In this document: positions 8,838-17,179 of the stretch, piece after piece | Layout: each line of letters opens with the position of its first letter | How positions within the stretch are numbered: the first letter of the stretch is position 1 | Source: Candidatus Omnitrophota bacterium | Lineage (GTDB): Bacteria > Omnitrophota > Gorgyraeia > Zapsychrales > Fredricksoniimonadaceae | Direction of reading: 5' to 3' | Assembly: GCA_028870995.1 (NCBI GenBank) | Contig: JAGWOI010000001.1 | Span: 26,273-90,272 of the forward strand | DNA: 64,000 nucleotides | Position numbers and translations under genes: made by a program | The notes under the pieces: generated by a model | What the model was told of the DNA's origin: nothing | Databases searched by the model: none | What the model saw: the letters and a program-made list of their open reading frames with translations, nothing else

Positions 8838-9493
8838 TGTCACAAGTACGTGTCTTTTTATGCGATGACCACACCTTGTTCCGTCAAGGTGTCAAGAAGC
8901 TGCTGGATTTGGAAAAGGACATTAAGGTGGTGGGAGAAGCCGGCGATGCCTATCAAATGTTTGAGGCATTAAGGTCACTTGCCGTGGATATTGTACTTTT
9001 GGATATCAATATGCCCAAAATGGACGGGGTGAAGGCCACCTTCAGGATAAGGAAGGAACACCCGCATGTGGCGGTGGTCATTTTGACGGTCCATGAGGAT
9101 GAGCCTTATATTTTTCAGGCGATCAAGGCAGGTGCCATGGGGTATCTCCTTAAGGATGTGTCCATCAAGGAGTTGGCCGAAGCCGTGCGCAAGGTGTCTG
9201 AAGGGGAAGCCCTCCTTCAGCCGATCATTGCTTCAAAGGTTCTAAAAGAATTCGTGATGCTGGATAAAAGGAAGGCCAGGGAAGGCCAAAAGTCTGGCAG
9301 TAATTTAACGGCACGGGAAGAGGAAATCCTGAGGTTTATTGCCATGGGCGATTCAAACAAGGAGATTGCGCAAAAAATCGGGATTACCGAGAAGACCGTC
9401 AAAAACCATGTCAGCAATATCCTTACCTGTCTTCACGTGAACAACCGCACCCAGGCCGCCCTTTATGCTTTGGGTAAAACTCCGGCAACCTGA
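8837..9493 (+). CDS. NarL-family response regulator (DegU/LiaR/DevR-like)
   Basis: CDDH, LLDINMP, LTAREEEIL...ITEKTVKNHVSNIL..L.VNNRTQA. Confidence 0.93.
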   Translation: MSQVRVFLCDDHTLFRQGVKKLLDLEKDIKVVGEAGDAYQMFEALRSLAVDIVLLDINMPKMDGVKATFRIRKEHPHVAVVILTVHEDEPYIFQAIKAGAMGYLLKDVSIKELAEAVRKVSEGEALLQPIIASKVLKEFVMLDKRKAREGQKSGSNLTAREEEILRFIAMGDSNKEIAQKIGITEKTVKNHVSNILTCLHVNNRTQAALYALGKTPAT

Positions 9494-9505
9494 GCAAGCA
9501 AAAAC

Positions 9506-9571
9506 TATAGGACTAAAGTCCTATAAAAATATAGGTCTTTTTATTTTGAGGCTCTAGGACTTTCAGGACTT
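9506..9571. promoter_or_regulatory. DosR/DevR-like operator palindrome TATAGGACT-AA-AGTCCTATA plus further half-sites
   Basis: Perfect 9-bp arms at 9506-9525; TATAGGTCT at 9530, TCTAGGACT at 9553, AGGACT at 9565. Confidence 0.7.
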
Positions 9572-9638
9572 CAATTAAAAACGAATTTATAGATAATTTG
9601 TTCAACCCTTTCAGAAACATTAGATTTTAGCCGGTTTA

Positions 9639-9654
9639 TGCGTGTTACTACGTA
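9639..9654. promoter_or_regulatory. Recurring inverted-repeat motif (TGCGT-GTTACT-ACGTA) upstream of hemA
   Basis: 13-bp identity with the site at 7333. Confidence 0.65.
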
Positions 9655-9764
9655 AACTTGGGGGGGATTCCACTCATTTGTTTCCTACTTGAGAGGACGT
9701 AGACTTAAGACGAGGTACATTTCAAGAAAAATTTTGGGGAAGGCCGATTTTAGGAAGGGACATT

Positions 9765-10811
9765 ATGAACATCCTGGCGGTTGGAATCAATCATAAGACC
9801 TCGTCTATAGATATTAGGGAAAGGTTCTTTTTACAGCCTCTTGAGCGGGAATTGCTTGTAAACGAGCTGCTAAAGGACCCGCGCATCATTGAGGCTTTTG
9901 TCCTGTCAACCTGCAACCGGACGGAAATTTATGCCAATGCGATCGAGGACCAGCCGCAGCTGCTGATGAAGGCGTTGTTTAAAATCAAGAAGGTTCCCTT
10001 AAGTGCCGATCTGGCCGGTCATTTTTATACCCTGTCATCCCGCCAGGCCATTGACCACCTGTTGCGGGTGACCACGGGGTTGGATTCTCTGGTGGTGGGT
10101 GAAAAACAGATTTTAGGCCAGGTTAAGGAGGCTTTTGAATTCTCCAGAAGCAAAGGCGCATTGAGCAAAACTTTTAATGTTCTTTCCAATCTGGTGGTGC
10201 AGACCGGCAAAAAAGCCCGACATGAGACGCAGATCGATTTTGGCGGTTCATCGGTCAGCTGGGCGTCGGTCATGATGGCGCAGGATATTCTGGGTTCATT
10301 GCAGGACAAAGCTGTCTTGATTTTGGGCTCAGGCAAAATGGGCCGCTTGGCTGTGGAGCAGCTGGCTAAAAAGGGTGTGGCCAAGATCTATATCATGAAT
10401 AGGACGATCGAAAAAGCCCAGGAATTGGCCCGCGAAAGCGGCGGGATAGCCGTGGGCATTTGGGACATCAAGGAAATCCTGCAGCAGGTCGATGCCTGCA
10501 TCTGCTCGGCCAGCTGCACGCACCATTTAATAGAGAAGGACCTGGTGGAAGCCGCCATGGCCGCCCGGCCGTCCCGTCCCTTGGTATGCATCGATATCTC
10601 CATGCCCCGCAATATTGCGCCTGAGGTGGCGGAAGTGGGGAATGTACGCCTGGCGACGGTGGATGACTTGGACAGGATCGTGGAGAGCAATATGCAAAAG
10701 CGGATGTCGGCCGTCGCCCTGGTGGAAGGTCTGATCGACCGGAAGATCGATGAATTCTACAAAACTATGGAGAAGATTACCCTAATCAAGGAGGAATTAT
10801 GGAAAGCTTAA
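9765..10811 (+). CDS. hemA: Glutamyl-tRNA reductase
   Basis: GINHKT, LSTCNRTEIY, GLDSLVVGEKQILGQVK, GSGKMG, DISMPRNI. Confidence 0.95.
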   Translation: MNILAVGINHKTSSIDIRERFFLQPLERELLVNELLKDPRIIEAFVLSTCNRTEIYANAIEDQPQLLMKALFKIKKVPLSADLAGHFYTLSSRQAIDHLLRVTTGLDSLVVGEKQILGQVKEAFEFSRSKGALSKTFNVLSNLVVQTGKKARHETQIDFGGSSVSWASVMMAQDILGSLQDKAVLILGSGKMGRLAVEQLAKKGVAKIYIMNRTIEKAQELARESGGIAVGIWDIKEILQQVDACICSASCTHHLIEKDLVEAAMAARPSRPLVCIDISMPRNIAPEVAEVGNVRLATVDDLDRIVESNMQKRMSAVALVEGLIDRKIDEFYKTMEKITLIKEELWKA

Positions 10812-11077
10812 AAACACTGGTGGTCACGTTGTTCGGATTGGGCCTTGTCTTTTGGGCTGCCTCGAGCCAGGCGGATATTGCTCAGATGAAAGCCTATAAG
10901 GAAGTTTATCCCGATGCCAAGCCCAAATGCATCGATTGTCATGTGGACAAGATGCCCAAGAAGGCGGACGGGGCCCATGATCCTAATGATTACGGCAAGG
11001 CCGTCATCAAAGCGGCCGGTGCGGAAAAGCCGACAGCCGATACCTATAAAAAGGTAGGACCTATTCCTACAAAGTAA
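10799..11077 (+). CDS. Small periplasmic monoheme cytochrome c
   Basis: Signal peptide ending SQA, single CIDCH, PNDYG; AAGGAGG RBS. Confidence 0.8.
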   Translation: MESLKTLVVTLFGLGLVFWAASSQADIAQMKAYKEVYPDAKPKCIDCHVDKMPKKADGAHDPNDYGKAVIKAAGAEKPTADTYKKVGPIPTK

Positions 11078-11124
11078 AGAAGATTGAGTATAACACCGGG
11101 CCTAAGCCTACAGAAAGGCATTCT

Positions 11125-11892
11125 ATGATCGGACAGAAAAAGTCACTGGTTGTATTCTTGGCGGCACTTGGGTTGTTTTGGGTAACAGGACTATCTTTAT
11201 CCCAAGCGGACCAGAACAAGGTCAATGAGATGTTGTATTTAAAGAAAGCCAAGTATGTAGGTATGGACACCTGCGCAATGTGCCATGAGAAGGAGGTAAA
11301 GGAATACAAGCTCTCAACGCACGCGCGTATCCATATCAAGAACGATACCACCGGTGCCGAGGATTGCGAGGTCTGTCACGGCCCGGGCAGCGTCCATGTG
11401 GATGCTTCCGGCGGTAAAGGTAATATCATCAATCCTTCCAAGGATCCGGAAATATGTTTTAACTGCCATACAGATAAAAAGATGCAATTCCGCCTGCCTT
11501 ATCATCATCCAGTTCTGGAAGGCAAGATGAGCTGCACGGATTGCCACAATCCCCACGGGATCGATGTCCGTCCCTGGACCGCCACTTCTGAGAACGGTAT
11601 CAATGAGGTGTGTTTCAAGTGCCATACGGACAAACGCGGTCCTTATATCTGGCAGCATGATGCTTTGAAAGACGGCTGTACGTCATGCCATCAGGTGCAT
11701 GGTTCGGTTAATGACAAAATGCTGATCGCGAGAGACTATAACCTGTGTTTGCGCTGCCATGCCATGAATAATTTCCCCTATGGCCATGGCCAGAACGGCC
11801 AATACCATGATTTTGTTTATGGGACTTGCTGGAGCGCAGGATGCCATTCAGAACCTCACGGGTCTAATTTTGATCATTATTTTCGTTATTAA
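11125..11892 (+). CDS. MtrA/MtoA/DmsE-like multiheme cytochrome c (8 hemes)
   Basis: 7 CxxCH plus CWSAGCH; MtrA-like CTDCHNPHG, KRGPYIWQH, HGSVNDKML and terminal HGSN. Confidence 0.88.
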   Translation: MIGQKKSLVVFLAALGLFWVTGLSLSQADQNKVNEMLYLKKAKYVGMDTCAMCHEKEVKEYKLSTHARIHIKNDTTGAEDCEVCHGPGSVHVDASGGKGNIINPSKDPEICFNCHTDKKMQFRLPYHHPVLEGKMSCTDCHNPHGIDVRPWTATSENGINEVCFKCHTDKRGPYIWQHDALKDGCTSCHQVHGSVNDKMLIARDYNLCLRCHAMNNFPYGHGQNGQYHDFVYGTCWSAGCHSEPHGSNFDHYFRY

Positions 11893-11907
11893 CAGAGAGG
11901 ATAAAAC

Positions 11908-14070
11908 ATGAAAATTCTTCGGATTTTACTCTCAATCATGGTGGCATCGTACATGACACAAGTAGGCTATCTGGCATTGGCCCAGGATGTGGGCACTTCG
12001 CCTTTCAGCGTCACTTTCGAGCCGCTGCAGTACGCTTATGTCAAAGGCAATGTGGGAAAATTCCAGGCGCTTAATTGGATGAAGGCCGGTGAGAACCCGG
12101 GAGCCAGTGATATAAGTTTTGTTAAGCAGATCAACAAGGACATTTCCGTGGAAGCCGAGGGGAGCGTGTTTCCCAAAACCGATGACGGTACTGGACATCT
12201 GGTCCTGCAGGACGGGGATCTGGCCTTTTTGCAGGTGGATTATAAGGCCTTTAGAAAATGGTATGACGGTACAGGCGGATTTTATCCAAATAATGTCTAT
12301 ACTCTCAGCACCTATGTTGCGCCGCCGGGTGTTTCCACCTTTACAAATTATGGCACCATCACCGTAAATCAGGGCGCCCAACCTAACAGCCCTGCGCTGC
12401 AGATGGACATCAGTTATTTCAAATTGGAAGCGGGTTTAGGGCCGATCAGCGACCCTTATTTGGACATCGCCTATGAACACAATACCAAGAACGGCGATAA
12501 GTCGCTTCTGGAGTGGACTCCTGTCTATGTACCAGGTCAAACCGCATCAGGTGCCGAGAGGAAAATTGGTCCGGCATGGGGATCATTCAACGATTATGTT
12601 GATACCATCACCTTAAAGGAAAAGAAGGAGATCGCCGGTGTCACTCTCAAAGGAGAGCAAAAGGCAGAAATTGATTACAATAACGATATCAAGTACATGC
12701 AGTATCTGAATGATACCGTTTCCGGACAGCCGAATCAACTGAACACCTTTAATGAATCTCCGGATGCCAAGCTTTTCGGCGCAGGGGTCAGGGCGGAAAA
12801 ATGGATGCTTAATGACAATACCTATGCTGCGTTGGGGTATCATTACAACCATATCCATGACACCGACCTGATGCAGCAGGCTGAGTTTACCTCCACCGAT
12901 GGCGTTGTTTATACTGCCTATGCGGGCGGCACCTCGGGATGGAATTATTCGAAGGCGTCGGAAGATGACCATGTCTGGGTGGGCAACCTTAATTCCAATC
13001 TGACGAAGAATTTGTCCCTGCTTACCGATGTCAGGTATGAACATCAGGGCACGGAGGGAGATTCTACCTATTATGCGACCGGTAGTTCGGGGGTATATGA
13101 CTCCAATATGGCCAACCATGAAGATCAAACAGGGGAGCATATTGGGTTACGTTATTTTGGCATCCCGCATACCAGTCTATATATGGATGGTGAATGGCAA
13201 CAGGACAGAAACTGGGTCGATGAGTCGTATATCGCTCTTTCAGGGTCGACAAGGAATACTTTCTCCAACCTGGAGAGGCTCAATAGGACCCAGAAAGAAT
13301 CATGGACCGTGGGAGGTAGGATTTATCCCAACAGGTTCTTTATTTTTTCAACCCAGGTCAGGGCCCATAATCAATACAGCGGTTATGATACGATTTCGAA
13401 TCCTGACGCAAGCGGTGTTGTTTTAATGAGTTCCCTTAGGGAAAAAGGCGTGGATGAGACCTCCACCCTTACCTGGAAACCGTTTCGATGGATTCAAAAT
13501 TCCTTAAAATATCAGTTTTCTGATACGGTTTATAACCCCCGGTTGGATCCGTCAGCCGGCGGAAGCAGCGACCCCCTGCCTGCATCGGGAAATTACAATA
13601 TCAGTGAAAACCATATGCTGACTTCAGCATTCACGTACGATATCACCGTGCAGCCCATTGATCCTTTGCTGCTGATGTTGTCCTATTCCCACGTGGAGAA
13701 TTATGTCAGAACGATAGGCGCCGCTGACACAGGGACGATTGCGGAGGGTGGCCCTACCTATATCCCTGTTTTCAATTCAGGGGACAACAGCTGGCTTTTT
13801 TCGACCACGTATTGTCCGTCAGATAATTGGGACTGGACCAACACGGTCAGCTATACGATTTCGAATAATTACGTCGATTCCGGCGACGGCGTTCCTTATG
13901 GTTCTGATTTCAAGATGTTCAATTTTACATCGGGCCTGGAATACAAGTACCATCATTGGCTCAAGATCAGTCCCCAGTATGAATATGCCGCTTACAAGGA
14001 TAATCCTGTGGCAGGGGCAGGCAACTATTCGGCCAATATTTTTATCTTGAAGGCAGGATTTGACTGGTAA
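11908..14070 (+). CDS. Outer-membrane beta-barrel, putative MtrB/PioB-like porin partner
   Basis: Signal peptide, amphipathic beta pattern, C-terminal KAGFDW, 720 aa, directly after the MtrA-like gene. Confidence 0.75.
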   Translation: MKILRILLSIMVASYMTQVGYLALAQDVGTSPFSVTFEPLQYAYVKGNVGKFQALNWMKAGENPGASDISFVKQINKDISVEAEGSVFPKTDDGTGHLVLQDGDLAFLQVDYKAFRKWYDGTGGFYPNNVYTLSTYVAPPGVSTFTNYGTITVNQGAQPNSPALQMDISYFKLEAGLGPISDPYLDIAYEHNTKNGDKSLLEWTPVYVPGQTASGAERKIGPAWGSFNDYVDTITLKEKKEIAGVTLKGEQKAEIDYNNDIKYMQYLNDTVSGQPNQLNTFNESPDAKLFGAGVRAEKWMLNDNTYAALGYHYNHIHDTDLMQQAEFTSTDGVVYTAYAGGTSGWNYSKASEDDHVWVGNLNSNLTKNLSLLTDVRYEHQGTEGDSTYYATGSSGVYDSNMANHEDQTGEHIGLRYFGIPHTSLYMDGEWQQDRNWVDESYIALSGSTRNTFSNLERLNRTQKESWTVGGRIYPNRFFIFSTQVRAHNQYSGYDTISNPDASGVVLMSSLREKGVDETSTLTWKPFRWIQNSLKYQFSDTVYNPRLDPSAGGSSDPLPASGNYNISENHMLTSAFTYDITVQPIDPLLLMLSYSHVENYVRTIGAADTGTIAEGGPTYIPVFNSGDNSWLFSTTYCPSDNWDWTNTVSYTISNNYVDSGDGVPYGSDFKMFNFTSGLEYKYHHWLKISPQYEYAAYKDNPVAGAGNYSANIFILKAGFDW

Positions 14071-14082
14071 AGGTTATGAACA

Positions 14083-15582
14083 ATGAGCTCAAAACCAGCC
14101 AAACAACGGTTCGACGACAGTTTTTATAACAACATCACCTATATCGGTGTAGTCTTATCGTTGTTTGTGCTGGTTTGCGAGCTCTTTTTGTTCGCCATTG
14201 ATTTTGCCTCTCCGCGGCCCAGCGTTTATCTGGGGCTGATCACGTATTGTTTTCTGCCGCCGCTTTTGATCCTCGGGCTTATCTTAATCCCGACAGGCGC
14301 CCTTCTTAAGCGAAAACACATTCTTCATTCAGGAAAACCGCGGCCGATCCTGATTGATCTTTCCCTGGCGACCCATCAAAATGCCGTGGTGATTTTCATG
14401 ATCGGCACGGTGCTGCTCTTGGTCATGACTGCCATCGGTTCCTACAAGGCTTTCAATTACACGGAATCGACCGGGTTTTGCGGGTTGACCTGCCATCAGA
14501 TCATGAAACCCGAATATACGACACATAGCCATTCCCCCCATGAGCGGGTCAGGTGTGTTGAGTGCCATGTCGGATCAGGAGCGGATTGGTACCTGCGTTA
14601 TAAGATGGCCGGGACCAAGATGGTGGTCAAAACTTTCGACGGCAGGTATCATCGTCCCACCCCGGCGCCTCTCCAGAACCTGCGTCCGGCCAAGGAGATC
14701 TGTGAACAGTGTCATTGGCCGGGTAAATTGTTCAGCGCGGTATTGCTCAATAAGGTTTATTATGCCGATGATCCGACCCAGACCCCGCCATGGAAGATCA
14801 ACCTGCTGATGCGTGTCGGTGCCGGCAAGGTCGGTGGTGCGGGGGTTCACGCCCACATGTATTTTAGCAATGAGATTTTTTACGTGGCTGATGATGCTAA
14901 GCGGCAGAATATCACCTGGGTCAAGACGATCGACAAGGCTGGCAAGGTTACCATCTACACGACCAAGGATTCACCTTATAAAAAAGTCAACCCGCCACAG
15001 GACAAGGTCCGCCGGATGGATTGCATTGACTGCCATAACCGCGCCACGCACCGTTTCGAGGCGCCGGATGTACTCATGAACCGCGCCTTGGCCCAAGGCG
15101 CTATCAGCTCTTCCATTCCCATGATCAAGTCCGAAGGCGTTGAAGTACTGGGCAAGACCTATAGCTCCACTGCCGCCGCGGAAAAACAGATCCGCGAGGG
15201 CTTGATGGATTATTACAGTAAGAAGCAGCCTGGCTATTTCGCCGGCCACCAGGCCGCTGTCGAGAATGCCATTGCCGAGATCATCCGTTTGTACCGCAAG
15301 AATTTCTTTCCGGAAATGAAATCCCGCTGGGACGCCTATCCGGACAACATCGGGCACATGATTTCGTTGGGCTGTTTCCGGTGCCATGACAATGAGCACA
15401 AGTCCGCGGGCGGCCGGGTGATTTCTCGGAAATGCACCCTTTGCCATGTCATCGTGGAACAGGGCAGCGGCACCTCGACCGAGAAGAATCTGGAGGGGCT
15501 GGAATTTAAGCATCCTTTCAACGATCCCGGTGATGACTCATGGAAGACGGCCAATTGCTCAGACTGCCATACCGGAAGTTAG
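14083..15582 (+). CDS. NapC/NirT-family membrane-anchored multiheme cytochrome c (7 hemes)
   Basis: 3 N-terminal TMs, YTESTGFCGLTCH..MKPEY, HERVRCVECHVG; 6 CxxCH plus 1 CxxxCH. Confidence 0.88.
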   Translation: MSSKPAKQRFDDSFYNNITYIGVVLSLFVLVCELFLFAIDFASPRPSVYLGLITYCFLPPLLILGLILIPTGALLKRKHILHSGKPRPILIDLSLATHQNAVVIFMIGTVLLLVMTAIGSYKAFNYTESTGFCGLTCHQIMKPEYTTHSHSPHERVRCVECHVGSGADWYLRYKMAGTKMVVKTFDGRYHRPTPAPLQNLRPAKEICEQCHWPGKLFSAVLLNKVYYADDPTQTPPWKINLLMRVGAGKVGGAGVHAHMYFSNEIFYVADDAKRQNITWVKTIDKAGKVTIYTTKDSPYKKVNPPQDKVRRMDCIDCHNRATHRFEAPDVLMNRALAQGAISSSIPMIKSEGVEVLGKTYSSTAAAEKQIREGLMDYYSKKQPGYFAGHQAAVENAIAEIIRLYRKNFFPEMKSRWDAYPDNIGHMISLGCFRCHDNEHKSAGGRVISRKCTLCHVIVEQGSGTSTEKNLEGLEFKHPFNDPGDDSWKTANCSDCHTGS

Positions 15583-17177
15583 GTCCGGGGGCCTTTTTTT
15601 TATTGTTCCTGACGGCCTTCCCGGCACTGGCCCAGCAGCCGTCCACGGGATCCGTTAAGTTTACCAATCAGGACTGCCTGAGCTGTCATGCCGACGGAGC
15701 CCCCATCGTTGACCAGAAAATTTTTGGCCATTCCGTCCACGGGAAGCTTAATTGCACGGATTGCCACCGTAGCATCACCGACCTTCCACATGCGGAAAAA
15801 CTCCCGAAGGTCGATTGTGCGGTTTGCCATAAGAAGGAGGCCGTGCTTTGGCAGCACAGCGGCCATGCCCAGGCCCTTGGCAACGGTGCCCTGAAAGCTC
15901 CTTCTTGTGAATTTTGTCACGGGACGCATGGTATCACGAAGGCAACTGACAGGCAGTCCCGGTTGTATTGGGCTAATATCCCAGCCATTTGCGGCCAATG
16001 CCACTTCCAAGAGTATAAGGAATACCGTCGAGGTATTCATGGACAGGCCCTGGCCTCCGGCAGCAGGGATGCTCCCGTGTGCACCGATTGCCATGGGGAG
16101 CACGATATCGCTGCTGTTAAGGGAGGAGCTTCCTGGGTTTCCGCGGCCCGTATTCCTCAAACCTGCGGGCAATGCCACTCGGCGGAACGTATCAACAGCA
16201 AGTACAATCTGGCCTCGAACGTTTTAGGAAGCTACATGCAAAGCTATCATGGTCTTGCCATGCAGCAGGGGACCATGACCGCTGCCAACTGCGCTTCCTG
16301 CCATGGGGCGCATGAGATCCTTCCTTCGTCGGACCCGCGCTCCACCATCAATCCCAAGAATTTGGAAAAAACCTGCGGCCGGTGCCATCCCGGCATTGGC
16401 GCCCGGGTGGCCAGCGCCAAAATTCATGAAAGTTTTCAGCCGGGCAATAACCCCCTTAACGATTGGGTAAGCCGTTTTTATATCTTCTTTATCATTTTTG
16501 TCTCAGGTATCCTTTTGCTGCACAATGTCCTGGATTTCTCCAAAAAAGCCCGGGCCCATTACCGGAATTCCATGGGAAAAGGAGCCGAGTATATGGGTTT
16601 TAACGAGCGCTGCCAGCATTTTATCCTGGCCATGACCTTTATCCTTCTGGCGTACACTGGATTTTCCATCAAATTTCCCCAAACTTGGTGGTCATTCATG
16701 TTTTTTGGACACACCGATTGGCTGCGTTGGGGGCACCGCAGTGTTGCCGTCGTCTTTTGCTTGCTGGGCGCCTACCATTTTACCTATTTGTTTTTTACCC
16801 CCAAGGGCCGGTGGCAACTCAAGGCGTTGAGCGTCAGGAAGACGGACTTTGTCCAGTTTTGGCAGAGCTTTCAATATTATTTTGGCCGGCGGGAAGATAA
16901 GCCGCGCAGCAGCGGCATTTACAGTTATGTGCAAAAGCTGGAGTATTGGGCCCTGTTGTGGGGAGGCATGGTGATGGTGCTGACCGGTGCGCTCATGTTC
17001 AACGAAGTCTGGTTTTTCAGCTTATTTCCCAAATGGCTGTATGACGTGGTTAGGACGGTTCACCTGTACGAGGCCATCCTGGCCTGCGTGACCATTGTCA
17101 TCTGGCACGGTTATTTTGTTATTTTCGATCCTGAGATTTACCCCGGCAAAGGGTCATGGCTTCATGGACGGGAGTAG
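15540..17177 (+). CDS. CbcL-like cytochrome: 9 c-hemes fused to a di-heme cytochrome b domain
   Basis: 9 CxxCH, then ERCQH..YTGF, WGHR, KLEYWALLWG, VHLYEA..IWH; start uncertain (overlaps previous gene by 43 bp). Confidence 0.87.
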   Translation: MEDGQLLRLPYRKLGPGAFFLLFLTAFPALAQQPSTGSVKFTNQDCLSCHADGAPIVDQKIFGHSVHGKLNCTDCHRSITDLPHAEKLPKVDCAVCHKKEAVLWQHSGHAQALGNGALKAPSCEFCHGTHGITKATDRQSRLYWANIPAICGQCHFQEYKEYRRGIHGQALASGSRDAPVCTDCHGEHDIAAVKGGASWVSAARIPQTCGQCHSAERINSKYNLASNVLGSYMQSYHGLAMQQGTMTAANCASCHGAHEILPSSDPRSTINPKNLEKTCGRCHPGIGARVASAKIHESFQPGNNPLNDWVSRFYIFFIIFVSGILLLHNVLDFSKKARAHYRNSMGKGAEYMGFNERCQHFILAMTFILLAYTGFSIKFPQTWWSFMFFGHTDWLRWGHRSVAVVFCLLGAYHFTYLFFTPKGRWQLKALSVRKTDFVQFWQSFQYYFGRREDKPRSSGIYSYVQKLEYWALLWGGMVMVLTGALMFNEVWFFSLFPKWLYDVVRTVHLYEAILACVTIVIWHGYFVIFDPEIYPGKGSWLHGRE

Positions 17178-17179
17178 GT

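Noticed and set aside
11908-14070. Porin gene as a separately acquired low-GC segment
   Set aside because: It looks somewhat AT-richer by eye, but its Tyr/Asn/Thr-rich composition could explain this and I cannot compute it here
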